Source: Styela clava (lineage: Eukaryota). Taken from it: a stretch of DNA of 64,000 nucleotides. The stretch spans positions 7,192,001-7,256,000 of the forward strand of contig NC_135262.1 of NCBI RefSeq assembly GCF_964204865.1, written 5' to 3'. The translations under genes were made by a program, and so were the position numbers. The notes beneath the pieces were generated by a model. It ran no database searches, was not told the origin of the DNA, and saw only the letters and a list, made by a program, of their open reading frames with translations. How positions within the stretch are numbered: the stretch's first letter is position 1; each line of letters starts with the position of its first letter. This document shows positions 11,301 through 21,096 of the stretch, piece after piece.

Positions 11301-14051
11301 TAGGACCCAAAATATTTTGATCAAGATTCGACATTTGCCCTTCCCATTCTTCCATACTATTTATAAGATTCTGGCGCTCTTCTTCTTCAAGATCCCTAAA
11401 CCAGAACATAATACTAAGCGTTAGAAACACGCTTTTCATTGTACCTTTGATCACCCTGTGTGGATTCGTCAGTTCGAATCACATTGGGATATAATTATGT
11501 GAGAGAGTGCTGCTGGACTTTTCAACGCCATGGGAGACTGATTTTAGGAAGTCTTTATAATTCTCTGAAATAACGAGTCATAGTTCCTTATGATTCATTG
11601 TTAAAAGTATGCTATACAAATATGCTATTATACAATCACAACAGTATATGCCAAAAAATCCCAAATAAATTTTATATCCTACTTAGAAAGAAGTTCGTGC
11701 AATACACATAATATTGGTGATTATTAAAACTGAGCAAATATAATGTTAACAATAGTGAAGTTTTTTTGGAGTCTTACGCTAAAGCACAAATATTGATTTA
11801 CAAAATATCATCAAGGGTTTATATATTGTTTATGTTAGGAACAAACCAAACTGGTCAATCATTTTTAATTTCTACTAATGTACTATGGCAGGGTTGGTTT
11901 CCCAAACTGGGGTCCGCGGACCTTTGGGGGTTCGTGATACATGCACAGCGGGTCCGCAACGATATAAAAAGAGTCTGATCAATCTTTAATGATTGATTTA
12001 AAGCTGTTTCATATTTTGTTGGAAGTTGCAGACAAAATTGCTGTCAGAAAGGGCAATCAGAAAAACCTACATGTGTGAGGCAGCGTTTTCAGGTCTTACC
12101 AATTTGATGACAAAATACAGGTCGAGACTTCCTGGGGGTCCGTCCGTCAAAAATAATATTCTAAAACAGGGGCCCACGGCCCATAAAGTTTGGGAAACAC
12201 TGTACTACAGTACAGCACACTATCCAAATTCCAGGAATTTCCCTCCATTTGGCTCAATAAAACAAACACTCTATGTGTGTCACAAACGAGGGGCGTCTGG
12301 GACCACGTCAGATGCTTCATATCACTCCATGCTTGTCTCAATAATATTCTAAATTAATCGCGGCTGTCACATGACCAAAATTGCCCTTTTTTTCTAAAAA
12401 CTCTCGAATGCTACGGTAAAAATTTTTTTCCTTCGGTAAATCGGATTAACTTTTCCCAAGGAATTCAATGATGACGTTACTAAATTGCGCTTTTTTGTAG
12501 TATTTTGCGCAACTTCATTATACTGTATTACTACCGATATTGAGGGACAACAATGTCCAGACGTCTCCCAAAGGAGGGGTGTCCGATCATCTGTAAAATG
12601 GGTTTCTCGGAAACGGGACAATGTCACCTGTTTGTATAGTGTGCCGTACTGTACTATGGAATAAAAGAAACAATACAGATACAAAAATATATAAACGAGG
12701 CTTACCTGGCACTCAGTACCGGTTGTTGTTTTCTCAGTGCTCTATTATTCGGATTTATCGATTCTAGTTTCTTTTCACAGCAAGAGATTAACTCAGGATA
12801 AAAACCATCTCTTCCAGACTTTAAAGTTCTGAGTATTCTTTCCAATTCCTGTTAGATAAACGGATCATGAACAGAGACTATACTACTTAATCATAATCGT
12901 AGAATACAGGGTAACCCGAAAAAACGGAATCCATAAATTTTCTACAGAAATTGAAAAAAAAATTGGTGGTTCCATCATGACGAGGCGACTCTCTAAACAT
13001 CAAATCACACCCTTGACTGACTGAGTGAACAATTTCAGGCTGATCCGCAGTCAGTAGTGACCCGAGTGGGCACCTCATTCACAATGATCAAATAGAGAAA
13101 AACACATGAAAATATTAAACAAAGGTTTTGATGAATATTTCATATTAATTTCGAAGTGATTCTGTGAAACAACAATCTTACTTCCTATGTCTTTATATTG
13201 TCAAATTTTCTTTTTTTTCCAAAAATAAAAGTCCGTCTTGCGCCAACACAATACACTAAATGCATGGGACAAGCGGGAGACGAACAACTTGACTCACGAG
13301 ATGACACGTAAGTTGTCCAACTTTACGCATTTTCGACAGCGACACTTTAAGACAATACGGCCTATACGGGTGTAATTTCGATCTTTTTACACAAAATTTC
13401 ACATCACATTTTTGTTGGGTGTTATTTGAGCATCACATTTTTGTGAGGCGTTATTTAAATATGTAAATCCTATTCTAAACAGTTACGGCGTTTACTTGAC
13501 TAAACCCTATATTCCCATACCCTATTGTCCTACCGTGACTTATTTTAATTATACTTACTTGTACTGTTACCGGTATCTTTTTATATTTATCACAATCTGG
13601 ACTAATTTAGGGAATAAAGTGGTTTAGCCCATATCTTCATGCACACAATTCTGGCAACCTAAGTTGAGCAATTTGGCTCCAACTATAATCAGATACCATA
13701 ATCAGCTTGTCAAATTTTTTTTATAAATGTTTTTCTTTACTGTTCACTCCCGTGTAGAAAATCGATCAATTTGGCAATGGTAAACATTATAAATATCTAT
13801 GGCAGAGCTAAACACACGCATCACGCAAATGGGCTTTCACTATGTGAGTACCGGTATCTGTTTATACCGAGACTTCTCTACCAGTCTACGTCTGTGCGGC
13901 ACAACAGTTTATAAGTTTACCGGTAGACTACCATATTATCCTATGCTTTCAGCTTATTTACCTTTTCGTTGGAGCATTTTCCTATATATGCGTAATCAAG
14001 TTTGTCGACGGTGATATCTTTTTCAGGAGGCAATATAACACTTTCAGCCAT
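5351..14051 (-). CDS. SPAG1: Sperm-associated antigen 1 (TPR co-chaperone, dynein arm assembly factor), 1097 aa; exons 14051-13962, 12848-12706, 11395-11223, 10621-10461, 9653-9548, 8771-8662, 8255-8112, 7717-5351
   Basis: All introns are GT-AG and phases are consistent (3294 nt total). The N-terminus is SPAG1-specific: (DKLDYAYIGKCSNEK|ELERILRTLKSGRDGFYPELISCCEKKL...RALRK), then LPPVRG and YKAWDKYDVDKECEKVDE. Three TPR clusters follow (EKDKGNEAFKSGDYEEA..., LKAKAGDFFKSGRY...YNNRAACWLK...GPKWREK, LKAEGNEHVKKGDY...YTNRALCFLK), then a C-terminal RPAP3_C-like domain. The three TPR clusters and this N-terminus distinguish it from RPAP3. Confidence 0.95.
7785..8068 (-). mobile_element. tRNA-derived SINE, diverged copy in the last SPAG1 intron
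   Basis: Colinear with 14387-14720, from the head (TGTGGCTCATCGTGCTAAGAGTTAGGAATATGCTC) to the tail (GATAAATATGTAAATCCT...ATCCTAA). Confidence 0.85.
8968..9182 (+). mobile_element. MITE family A (about 215 bp)
   Basis: Imperfect TIRs of about 24 bp, GGCGCTCCAGGAGTATGTGTACCA...TGATACACATACTACGGGAGTACC; homologous copies at 56395, 56914 and 57897; internal CCTAACCCTAA. Confidence 0.85.
9201..9452. repeat. GACTC-rich degenerate element (probable hAT MITE remnant)
   Basis: Starts CAGTGTTGGG; many GACTC/GAGTC units; similar patches at about 41170-41200, 42370-42490 and 60530-60915. Confidence 0.5.
10224..10399 (+). mobile_element. MITE family B (Merlin-like)
   Basis: GG...CC ends; subterminal IR TACATTTGAACCCATG/CATGGGTTCAAATGTA; degenerate 9-bp TSD CTATTGTCT/CTATGGTCC; near-identical copy at 43152-43339. 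Confidence 0.85.
11414..11535 (+). mobile_element. 5' fragment of the tRNA-derived SINE, abutting a SPAG1 3' splice site
   Basis: CTAAGCGTTAGAAACACGCT...GTTCGAATCAC...TTATGTGAGAGAG.GCTGCTGGACT aligns with the head of the SINE at 14387-14720. Confidence 0.7.
11889..12202 (+). mobile_element. Non-autonomous hAT (Buster/Charlie-type) element with transposase C-terminal remnant
   Basis: TIRs CAGGG(TTG)GTTTCCCAAACT...AGTTTGGGAAACACTG; TSD-like flanks TACTATGG/TACTACAG; ORF 12026 contains TYMCEAAFSGLTNLMTKYRSRL, the hAT dimerisation motif (TYxCExxFS...KTKxRxRL). Confidence 0.85.
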
Positions 14052-14164
14052 GGCACCGGTGAAAAATCGCAACAGTCAGCACAAAAAAACCGAGAAACTA
14101 CTCCGAGATTACGAAAATCGAACGGTTCCTCATACGGATTCACTGAAGCGTGGTTCGTTCGTAA

Positions 14165-14190
14165 TTTACATAGCAACGTTACGAAACAAC
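14165..14190. promoter_or_regulatory. Two adjacent X-box (RFX)-like motifs upstream of SPAG1
   Basis: TTTACATAGCAAC and GTTACGAAACAAC, 115-140 nt upstream of the ATG of a motile-cilia gene. Both are imperfect matches to GTNRCC(N)RGYAAC. Confidence 0.4.
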
Positions 14191-14205
14191 TTGAAATCGT
14201 ATCTA

Positions 14206-14312
14206 TAGGTAGGATATGATTTTTTCTATTTGTACCCGGGGGAGGGAAAACCGATAAGACGGCGCAATCATATGGCATTAGTATAGCCTTTCGTTCGGTT
14301 ACGCCGTTACGG
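14206..14312 (-). mobile_element. 3' tail fragment of the SINE family
   Basis: TAGGAT...CCCGGGGGAGGGAAAACCGATAAGACGGC...CATATGGC...GCCTTTCGTTCGGTTAC parallels 14387-14478. Confidence 0.65.
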
Positions 14313-14329
14313 TATCAGTTCATGTGGGG

Positions 14330-14997
14330 CAGGGGTTGGCAATCTATGGCCCGCGGGCCGGACCCGGCCCGCGACGCTTCACTTAATTAGGATAGGATTT
14401 ACATATTTATCCCGGGGGAGAGGAAAGCCGATAAACGGCTTATCCATATGGCGAACCATGGCCTCTCGTCCGGTTACCGTTCCAAGTCGAGTATGGGATT
14501 ATGTATATTGTTTGTTTTCGGAAGCATGGACTTGGTGGTGGAGGAGGCCGTAACCGACCAGCGGTCACGTGAACCACCCAACGACGGCGAGGAGTCCAGC
14601 AATCCTCTCGCACATAACCATCTCTGCATGGGATTCGAACCTGCGAACCCACGCAGAGTAATTAGAGGTGCGGTGGCGAGCGTATTCCTAACGCTTAGCC
14701 CGTTGAGCCACACCGCCGCGCCACAGTGTTACAAACACAGCCGTGGAAAACAATAGACCTCGTGCCAAAACTAAACTTACTCGCAATCTCATACCATGAG
14801 CTATTTCAGCTAAAACATCGAAATTTGGTTTTAACTTGGTTAGTAACAAAACATCCGTTTTGACAAATATATTCTTTAGACTAAACTATATCATAACCTA
14901 ACAATTATATAATTCGCAATTACTCGTTTAATGAGCACATAATTTAATTATATTTAAGCAAATGGCAACAAAACGCAGAAAAGTTGATGCTAAGTGC
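14330..14997 (+). mobile_element. 5' remnant of a SPIN/GTF2IRD2-like hAT transposon, interrupted by a SINE
   Basis: Charlie-type end CAGGGGTTGGCAATCTATGGCCCGCGGGCCGGACCCGGCCCGCG at 14330; ATG at 14962 gives MATKRRKVDAKC, resembling the KRKVDxEC start of SPIN-like transposases. Confidence 0.55.
14387..14720 (-). mobile_element. Full-length tRNA-derived SINE
   Basis: Pol III A box TGGCTCAACGG (14710-14700) and B box GGTTCGAATCC (14641-14631); 3' stem-loop AAGCCG-TTTAT-CGGCTT; ends in ATCCTATCCTAA; three other copies or fragments in the window. Confidence 0.9.
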
Positions 14998-15002
14998 AAA
15001 GG

Positions 15003-15272
15003 GTTAGTTTATTATTTGCCATTGTGCTGCGCCCAATTATCCTGTTTTTGTCTCATACTCTTCCATTTTTATATACCAGTCTCGGATAGAAGTTCCTCAA
15101 CCTCGGGTCCCAATTAAACATAAAACATATGTCCCCTCACACCTATATAGTAAAAAAAACTACGCCAGAACCGAGTAGTTAGGAACATGAATCAAAAAAA
15201 GTAGTAGGAGTTAGTTTATTATTTGCCATTGTGCTGCGCCCAATTATCCTGTTTTTGTCTCATACTCTTCCA
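15003..15272. repeat. Exact 63-bp direct repeat (15003-15065, 15210-15272) around a 144-bp spacer
   Basis: GTTAGTTTATTATTTGCCATTGTGCTGCGCCCAATTATCCTGTTTTTGTCTCATACTCTTCCA occurs twice. Confidence 0.9.
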
Positions 15273-15978
15273 GTTGTGTTTCCTTAGTATTGTGACAGAA
15301 ATGTTAAAGAGAAATTGAGAGATGTAACATTATACAACTGTTTATATATTCCGGAATAATCCTTGTGTTCTACACTGAGTTTTAGTATCATCAGGTACAG
15401 ACTGCTACAGCTCAATCAAGTACTGTATTAGGGAATTTTATGGGACTGAACGTGGCAATGCAGTTTTCAAATTTCAAATGTTCACAATCGTGCTAATTAC
15501 TCCTGGATTTTGCATATTTTGTTCATGCTTGTTAGTCGACTACATACAGGCATGCGGAACACTATAGCATAATTGGAGCTAGTGGCATTTCTATAGATCG
15601 ACTGTGGTGCTTCAAATATATAATCAGTTTTAATTGGTATTACCCGAAAAATATGAATTATCAACTTATCCTAAGTTCTAGGTTTAGGATACGCTTTGGG
15701 ATACGAAATGTATGTAATAACGGTACTCGAGACTGGTGGATTTTGCACCGACTGTAATATAAGTAGCCCATATGGCGAGAAGCTACAAAAAATCCACAAA
15801 AACACAATACGAAATATTTTATTACCTCAAGATGTTACGTTTAAAAGCAAAGTAAAAAGAAGGAAGAGATGGAACTGAATCTGTCAGCAAAGAAGGGGTT
15901 CTACAACTATTAAAGTTTGTCATCCGAAAAGATCACTGAGTTGGCGATTAAGACAATGATATGAGCGCCACGAAAACA

Positions 15979-17031
15979 TCATTTGTCGTTTTCGCTGTCG
16001 TCATGATATGGTTGTATTTCTTCAGCGTCAATTTCGTAAAGTTGAACAGTGTCATGATTATTGATACGTCGATTTCTTTTCACGCGCTTACGAACACAAC
16101 AAAATAGAGACAGGAACACGACTGGAACCAGACCAATGATGCCAACTGCAATGTAAGTAAGATTATTTGAGGGAGTGAGTGCAGTGGTTGTAACGTCCCC
16201 ATTTGTTATTTCAGTATTACCAGTCGATAAAACGGTGCTTATGGTAAATGTAGTTGACGTTGAATTCGACGTCATAGTAGTTGTTATTCCGATGGTGCTA
16301 ATATATACTGGCTCTTCTGAGTGGGGTATTATGGTTGTATAATATATTTTCAGCTCGTCTAATATAAAGCTTGGTCCGCCAGTTTCGCCTACCACTAGAT
16401 TTGTCATCGGCAAAGGTTCAGAATTTACTGTTGTATGGCCGATATGTGTTTCTCCTGATATTAGAGTATCATTCAGCATAATGTTTATTGTATGATTAGC
16501 TTTGATCCACTTGATTTCGAGATGAGACCAATGGTCCAGTATATAAGACTCTTTGAAAGTTGTCTCGTATGTCTTTCCTAGTGATCCACGAATGTATACC
16601 ACCACGTTTCCGTCATCGCCCTTTCCAAAATAAATACCTGGTAAGTCTCTAGCGCCCGTGAGAGTTTTAATAATGCTCTGGCCACTGGTTTGGCCCCAAT
16701 TTTCTAACTTTAGCCAAAAGACAATCGTTGCTTCATTGCAATACTCTATATTGTAGATGCAATCGTGTTCAGTTAAATTTCTGGCTATCACGAATCGCTT
16801 TCCCGGTAAATAAATAGCTTTGCCAACAACGCCGGTACGAAATACATCAATTTCGCTTTGCATTAACGAGCCAAAGTCACCATAATATCTGCTTTCCAAA
16901 CTGTATTCAGGAACAACTTTACTTCCATCACATTCATCAAATGACCATGCCACAGTGGGGTATTTGTGCTCAGCTTGTGCTCCTGCTACATAAACAATAA
17001 CCAAAATCGTAGTCAACAACAAGTTCTGCAT
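15979..17031 (-). CDS. Type I membrane protein (350 aa): signal peptide, pentraxin/LamG-like domain, S/T stalk, TM, short tail; paralog 1
   Basis: Intronless ORF with a hydrophobic leader. WSFDE...CIYNIEYC...TIVFWLK...WSHLEIKW...NLVVG...FILDELKIY is a LamG/pentraxin jelly-roll pattern. TM YIAVGIIGLVPVVFLSLFCCV is followed by RKRVKRNRR. Confidence 0.9.
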   Translation of the reverse strand: MQNLLLTTILVIVYVAGAQAEHKYPTVAWSFDECDGSKVVPEYSLESRYYGDFGSLMQSEIDVFRTGVVGKAIYLPGKRFVIARNLTEHDCIYNIEYCNEATIVFWLKLENWGQTSGQSIIKTLTGARDLPGIYFGKGDDGNVVVYIRGSLGKTYETTFKESYILDHWSHLEIKWIKANHTINIMLNDTLISGETHIGHTTVNSEPLPMTNLVVGETGGPSFILDELKIYYTTIIPHSEEPVYISTIGITTTMTSNSTSTTFTISTVLSTGNTEITNGDVTTTALTPSNNLTYIAVGIIGLVPVVFLSLFCCVRKRVKRNRRINNHDTVQLYEIDAEEIQPYHDDSENDK

Positions 17032-18628
17032 ATTGTCTTTTATAAACTAATATTTGACACATTGTCATGTACTTATATTTTATTAGCGGCCATGCAACTT
17101 CCGCATTGACGCATTATTCCCACGCAGTTTGCGTCAACTGCAGTGTCTTGTGATGGTGCAATAACTTCAGGTGAAATCTTCTTGGTTAATTCACTAAAAT
17201 ATACTTATACCCTGCCTGACATTATAGCAGTAATATATAACGTTAACGTTAAAATTATAACGTTGGCCTAAAATTAGTCGATTGTTTTCATGTTTAGGCA
17301 AGGGTATGATTGTCTATAGTTTATAAGTATGATTTTAAGTTTGCGTGGTTTTCAAAAAATTATTTGGTAAACTCTATGTGTCATGATGTTTGCGAAATGC
17401 CTACTGCTATTTTGGAATGTTTATGTTCTTCCCCAGCGTATTATTTTCAGATTATTCCCCGAAAATCTCACGAAACGTGACAAATGACGGCGTGTAAAGC
17501 AAAATCGTATTACCATTTTACAATGCGACACATTTGAAATAATCGAATATGGAATACTATAATTTTTATGGCAGTATAAGTGTTAGAACTGGTCGAGAAT
17601 TTTTTCTTACAATATTATTTGTAAGATTGTTAGTTTATATATAATTTATTCACATGATTTTTTTTTTTCAATATGCCGTTTATGAGTTACAAATCTGCTA
17701 TAAAACGCCAGGTTTGTTGATATAGGTAGAGTGCTTTGGCCCAGCCAAAGATTCCGACTCTACATTGTGCCCGAAGATCGAAATTTACGCAAGGCGATTG
17801 AACGGTAAAAAGTACGTTTTTGTCAAATTTAAACAATTATTTCACGTTTTATTTCCCTTTTCGCCTAATAATATTGAAATCTATACCGTGCCAGTGTCCT
17901 AACCTTCCTGTCCAAGTCATTGACACTCATTTCAGTTGTTTTGACGAACTCAATCCTAATCGCAGAAAAAAATACGAAATAAATTTACAGGAGCCATTTT
18001 TGTATTGAAGATTTATTGAACAAAAAATTAATTCGAGTGAAATCAACACAAATAAAGTAAATCACAAAAAGTTCTGGTAAAAGAACAAACAAATCATTTC
18101 ATTAAATAAAACACATTTTTTTAAAAGCTATCGTTAATATAACATAATTAATATAAATTACATTCGTAGAAATTTCGCGTAGATGAAAAATCCAACATAT
18201 AAAAAGTTTCAACCGGAAATTGAGCAGAGTTAAAATTGGAGTCAAAGCTTAAATATGCATTACAAAAAAAATTTAATACAAAGTGCAGTTGGAAATCGGT
18301 CATACAAGGGGCTGGGTGCAAGTTTTAGACCATACGTAAATGCCGAGATTGTGAAAAGATTTCAACCAGCATGGGAGACTCGAAGTTTTTAAAGTAATTT
18401 TTAGAAACAAAAGAGTGAATATATATTTTAGAGTAATAGATGTCAATAAAAAATAAAATATTTTATTGTTGAAGATATGATAGGAAGAAACGGAGAAACA
18501 ACAAAATTAATAAGCGAGAAAAGATAATATCGTTTAATATGGGTAATGCGATATCTAATCGCCAATTACGCTTTTCGCCATTTTGAAAGTCTGTCAGAAG
18601 ATTGATATTCTTCAAAAATATTTCTGAC

Positions 18629-19936
18629 TTATACAGCAGACGATGGTTGTGGCGAGTGTAACAGGCGGCCGTTTTGCTCTTCCGCGTCTGTGTCCTCTGT
18701 GTCGAGGTTCGACCCTTCGTCATGATATGGCTCCACAGCACTTGCTCTTTCATAGCCACCACTCACCTTGGAGAAAGCCACAGCTCCGCCATCAGTTTCC
18801 ATTCGACGACCACGTCGCCTTCGAGCGCAGATAAGCCAGACAAGACATACGGATAACGCAGCGATTGCAATAAAAGCAATCAAGATTGGAACCCATATGT
18901 TCCAGTACGTTTCGGCCCCTTTTCCGTTTGTCAACTGAGTTTGGCTCGTTGTCTCTACCGTGGATAGAGCCGTGGTGTCTTCGGGGCTGGTCGAAGCCTG
19001 ATTGGTAGATTTAGTAGTCGGCGAGTTTGAAGTTTGGGTAGTTGTGCTGGATGTGGTTAATTCATGAGATGTGCTAATAGAGGTAATAGGTGGGGTCGTA
19101 GGATTGCTAGTAGAAGTCGAACTAGTGGTAGTAGTTGATGCGGTCGTGGGATTGCTAGTAGAAGTCGAACTAGTGGTAGTAGTTGTAGTTGATGTGGTCG
19201 TGGGTGTAGACTTTGTCGTTGTTGTTGTTGTAGCTGGGACTTTGCCGTAGCCATAGTATACATAAAACTCGTCCAGGTAGAAGCTAGGTCCGTTTTCGCT
19301 TCCAACGACAAAGTTTGTAGTGAGCACTGCTGTTGGCGCGACATCCTCTTCTTTAAGAATAAGAGGTATATACTGTGAATTCACATAGACAGTAATGTAT
19401 CCAAAAACGTTCCAATCAAAAACAATATGTGCCCACTTGTTCCACGCATACGACTGATCGAAGGTGTGAAAAAAGCTTTCTCCTTTAGAACCTCTGTAGA
19501 CAATAATCAAGTCACTACCATTACCTTTGCCGAAATACACGCCTGCCGAGCTCCTGTCTTCTGGAGTAGTTCGAAATATAACGGGTGATGAGGCGTTATT
19601 CCAGCTTTCAATTTTCAACTGAAAAGACAATACGCTTCCAAGTCTGCACGTGTCCGGATCTCGTAAACAAACGTCTTTAATGCCCGTTGCCAGATTGAAT
19701 GTCTTTCCGTTTACGTAAACAGCGTTTGATTGCACTCCAGGCACTAAAATTTCATCCAAATTTGTGCCCAAAGGACTTAAATCGGCTTGGTATTTTTCAT
19801 CCTTTGTATAAATCGGTATTACTTTGGTTCCGTTCAAATCATCAAACGACCACATTACTATTGGAGTAAGGGCGCTCTCCGAATCACAAACAAATAACAT
19901 CAGAAACAGGAATAATACGGAATACATCATATTCAT
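18629..19936 (-). CDS. Type I membrane protein (435 aa): signal peptide, pentraxin/LamG-like domain, mucin-like stalk, TM, tail; paralog 2
   Basis: Intronless ORF colinear with paralog 1 (WSFDD, CLRDPDTC, GVYFGKG, YRGSKG, WAHIVFDW, GPSFYLDEFYVYY); Thr/Ser stalk of about 105 aa; TM IWVPILIAFIAIAALSVCLVWLIC followed by ARRRRGRR. Confidence 0.92.
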   Translation of the reverse strand: MNMMYSVLFLFLMLFVCDSESALTPIVMWSFDDLNGTKVIPIYTKDEKYQADLSPLGTNLDEILVPGVQSNAVYVNGKTFNLATGIKDVCLRDPDTCRLGSVLSFQLKIESWNNASSPVIFRTTPEDRSSAGVYFGKGNGSDLIIVYRGSKGESFFHTFDQSYAWNKWAHIVFDWNVFGYITVYVNSQYIPLILKEEDVAPTAVLTTNFVVGSENGPSFYLDEFYVYYGYGKVPATTTTTTKSTPTTTSTTTTTTSSTSTSNPTTASTTTTSSTSTSNPTTPPITSISTSHELTTSSTTTQTSNSPTTKSTNQASTSPEDTTALSTVETTSQTQLTNGKGAETYWNIWVPILIAFIAIAALSVCLVWLICARRRRGRRMETDGGAVAFSKVSGGYERASAVEPYHDEGSNLDTEDTDAEEQNGRLLHSPQPSSAV

Positions 19937-20036
19937 TTTTGTACTTTGAAAAATGTTCGACTTGCTTTTTCTATTTCGTTGCGTTGATGCTATTCAGAAC
20001 ACGTACGTAATAACGTCTTTTGATTGTTGTTCTTAG

Positions 20037-20136
20037 TTTTATAAGTGCATCATTCAGCATAACGTTGCGACACGAGATAATGCATTTGTGTAATGCATCT
20101 TTAATCACGTGACGTGATCTATTCGAGGAAGTTCCC
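20037..20136 (-). promoter_or_regulatory. Candidate promoter of paralog 2: TATA box, E-box/CRE, overlapping GAS and NF-kB sites
   Basis: TATAAAA at 20043-20037 (-); TCACGTGACGTGA at 20105-20117; TTCGAGGAA at 20122-20130; GGGAACTTCC at 20136-20127 (-). Confidence 0.55.
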
Positions 20137-20927
20137 AATAATGAAGAGGCCACCTACACAGTGATGTGCACGCAATTCAAAACTTGATTTTGTTTGTCAA
20201 CTCCGGTTTGAAAATTTTGTTTATTATACACGACCATGTATCAGCCAACGCTAATGCATAACGTTATATCACTAGTTCATGCCACAGCAAACACACAAAA
20301 CTGGACAACGCAAACTTTAATTTGATTTGGTGACCTGCTGCCCATAACTATGATCTAATTTTGACGCGATATTCATATTCCACAGAATTCTTCCTTATAT
20401 TGAATATAATATAGGCTATATGAACCAAACTTGGGGTCATGAATTCTACAGTGTTTTATCAAATTTTGGGTTGTTTGTAGGCCTATAACATTTGGGTTGT
20501 TTGATTCATACTGGAGTTGTTACAATTAGTTGTTACAAGTCTATATGTATTTTATATTCCATAGAGCTTCATCCACAAGTAAAATATTCAGTCATTCAAG
20601 AAAAAATGTATTTTAGCCGTATACTACTCTGATTTCTCAGACATAAAATTTTTCAGACATAATCTCTTTCAATTTTTTCCTTCTCGATTACCGTAAACAT
20701 TTTATTTTCAAGCGTGCACCAGGAAAAAAATGGTACATGTCCGTCTAACGTACTACGGTAAATGCAAAATATAAAGTGGGCATTCAATTTTGTTAGTTTT
20801 TATTATGTCGGGGACTTGGGGTATGATCATCATGCACTGGGCCTAAAGACTATACCATGTGCGCTATATAATTGAATAAAGCTATGTTTTATGTGCTAAA
20901 AATATTAAATAAACCCATAATGTATAG

Positions 20928-21096
20928 CAGGGCTACTCAACTGGCGGACCGTGGTCCGAATCCGGACCTTTCGACCATTTACTTTGGACCGCGTCTGCTT
21001 GTTTCTTTTGGCAGCATAAGCATCGTTTTATAGTTTTAGATGATAGTTTTGAATTTTCCCAAAAGGATTTTTGGTGAAACTAGTTGAGTAGCCCTG
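20928..21096. mobile_element. hAT (Buster/Charlie-type) MITE
   Basis: Perfect 15-bp TIRs CAGGGCTACTCAACT/AGTTGAGTAGCCCTG; 8-bp flanks ATGTATAG/GTGCATAG. Confidence 0.85.

Noticed and set aside
12026-12352. 108-aa ORF as a host gene
   Set aside because: Only a short hAT dimerisation remnant inside a TIR-bounded element within a SPAG1 intron.
5351-14051. RPAP3 or TOMM34 identity
   Set aside because: The IKSYDY motif is RPAP3-like, but three TPR clusters and the SPAG1-specific N-terminus indicate SPAG1.
14620-14720. tRNA gene
   Set aside because: A and B boxes are present, but there is no closing acceptor stem or cloverleaf, and the sequence continues into a multicopy body and tail. It is a SINE head.
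15982-16045. ITIM or ITAM in the receptor tails
   Set aside because: The tyrosines lack the +3 Leu/Ile/Val required by those consensus motifs.
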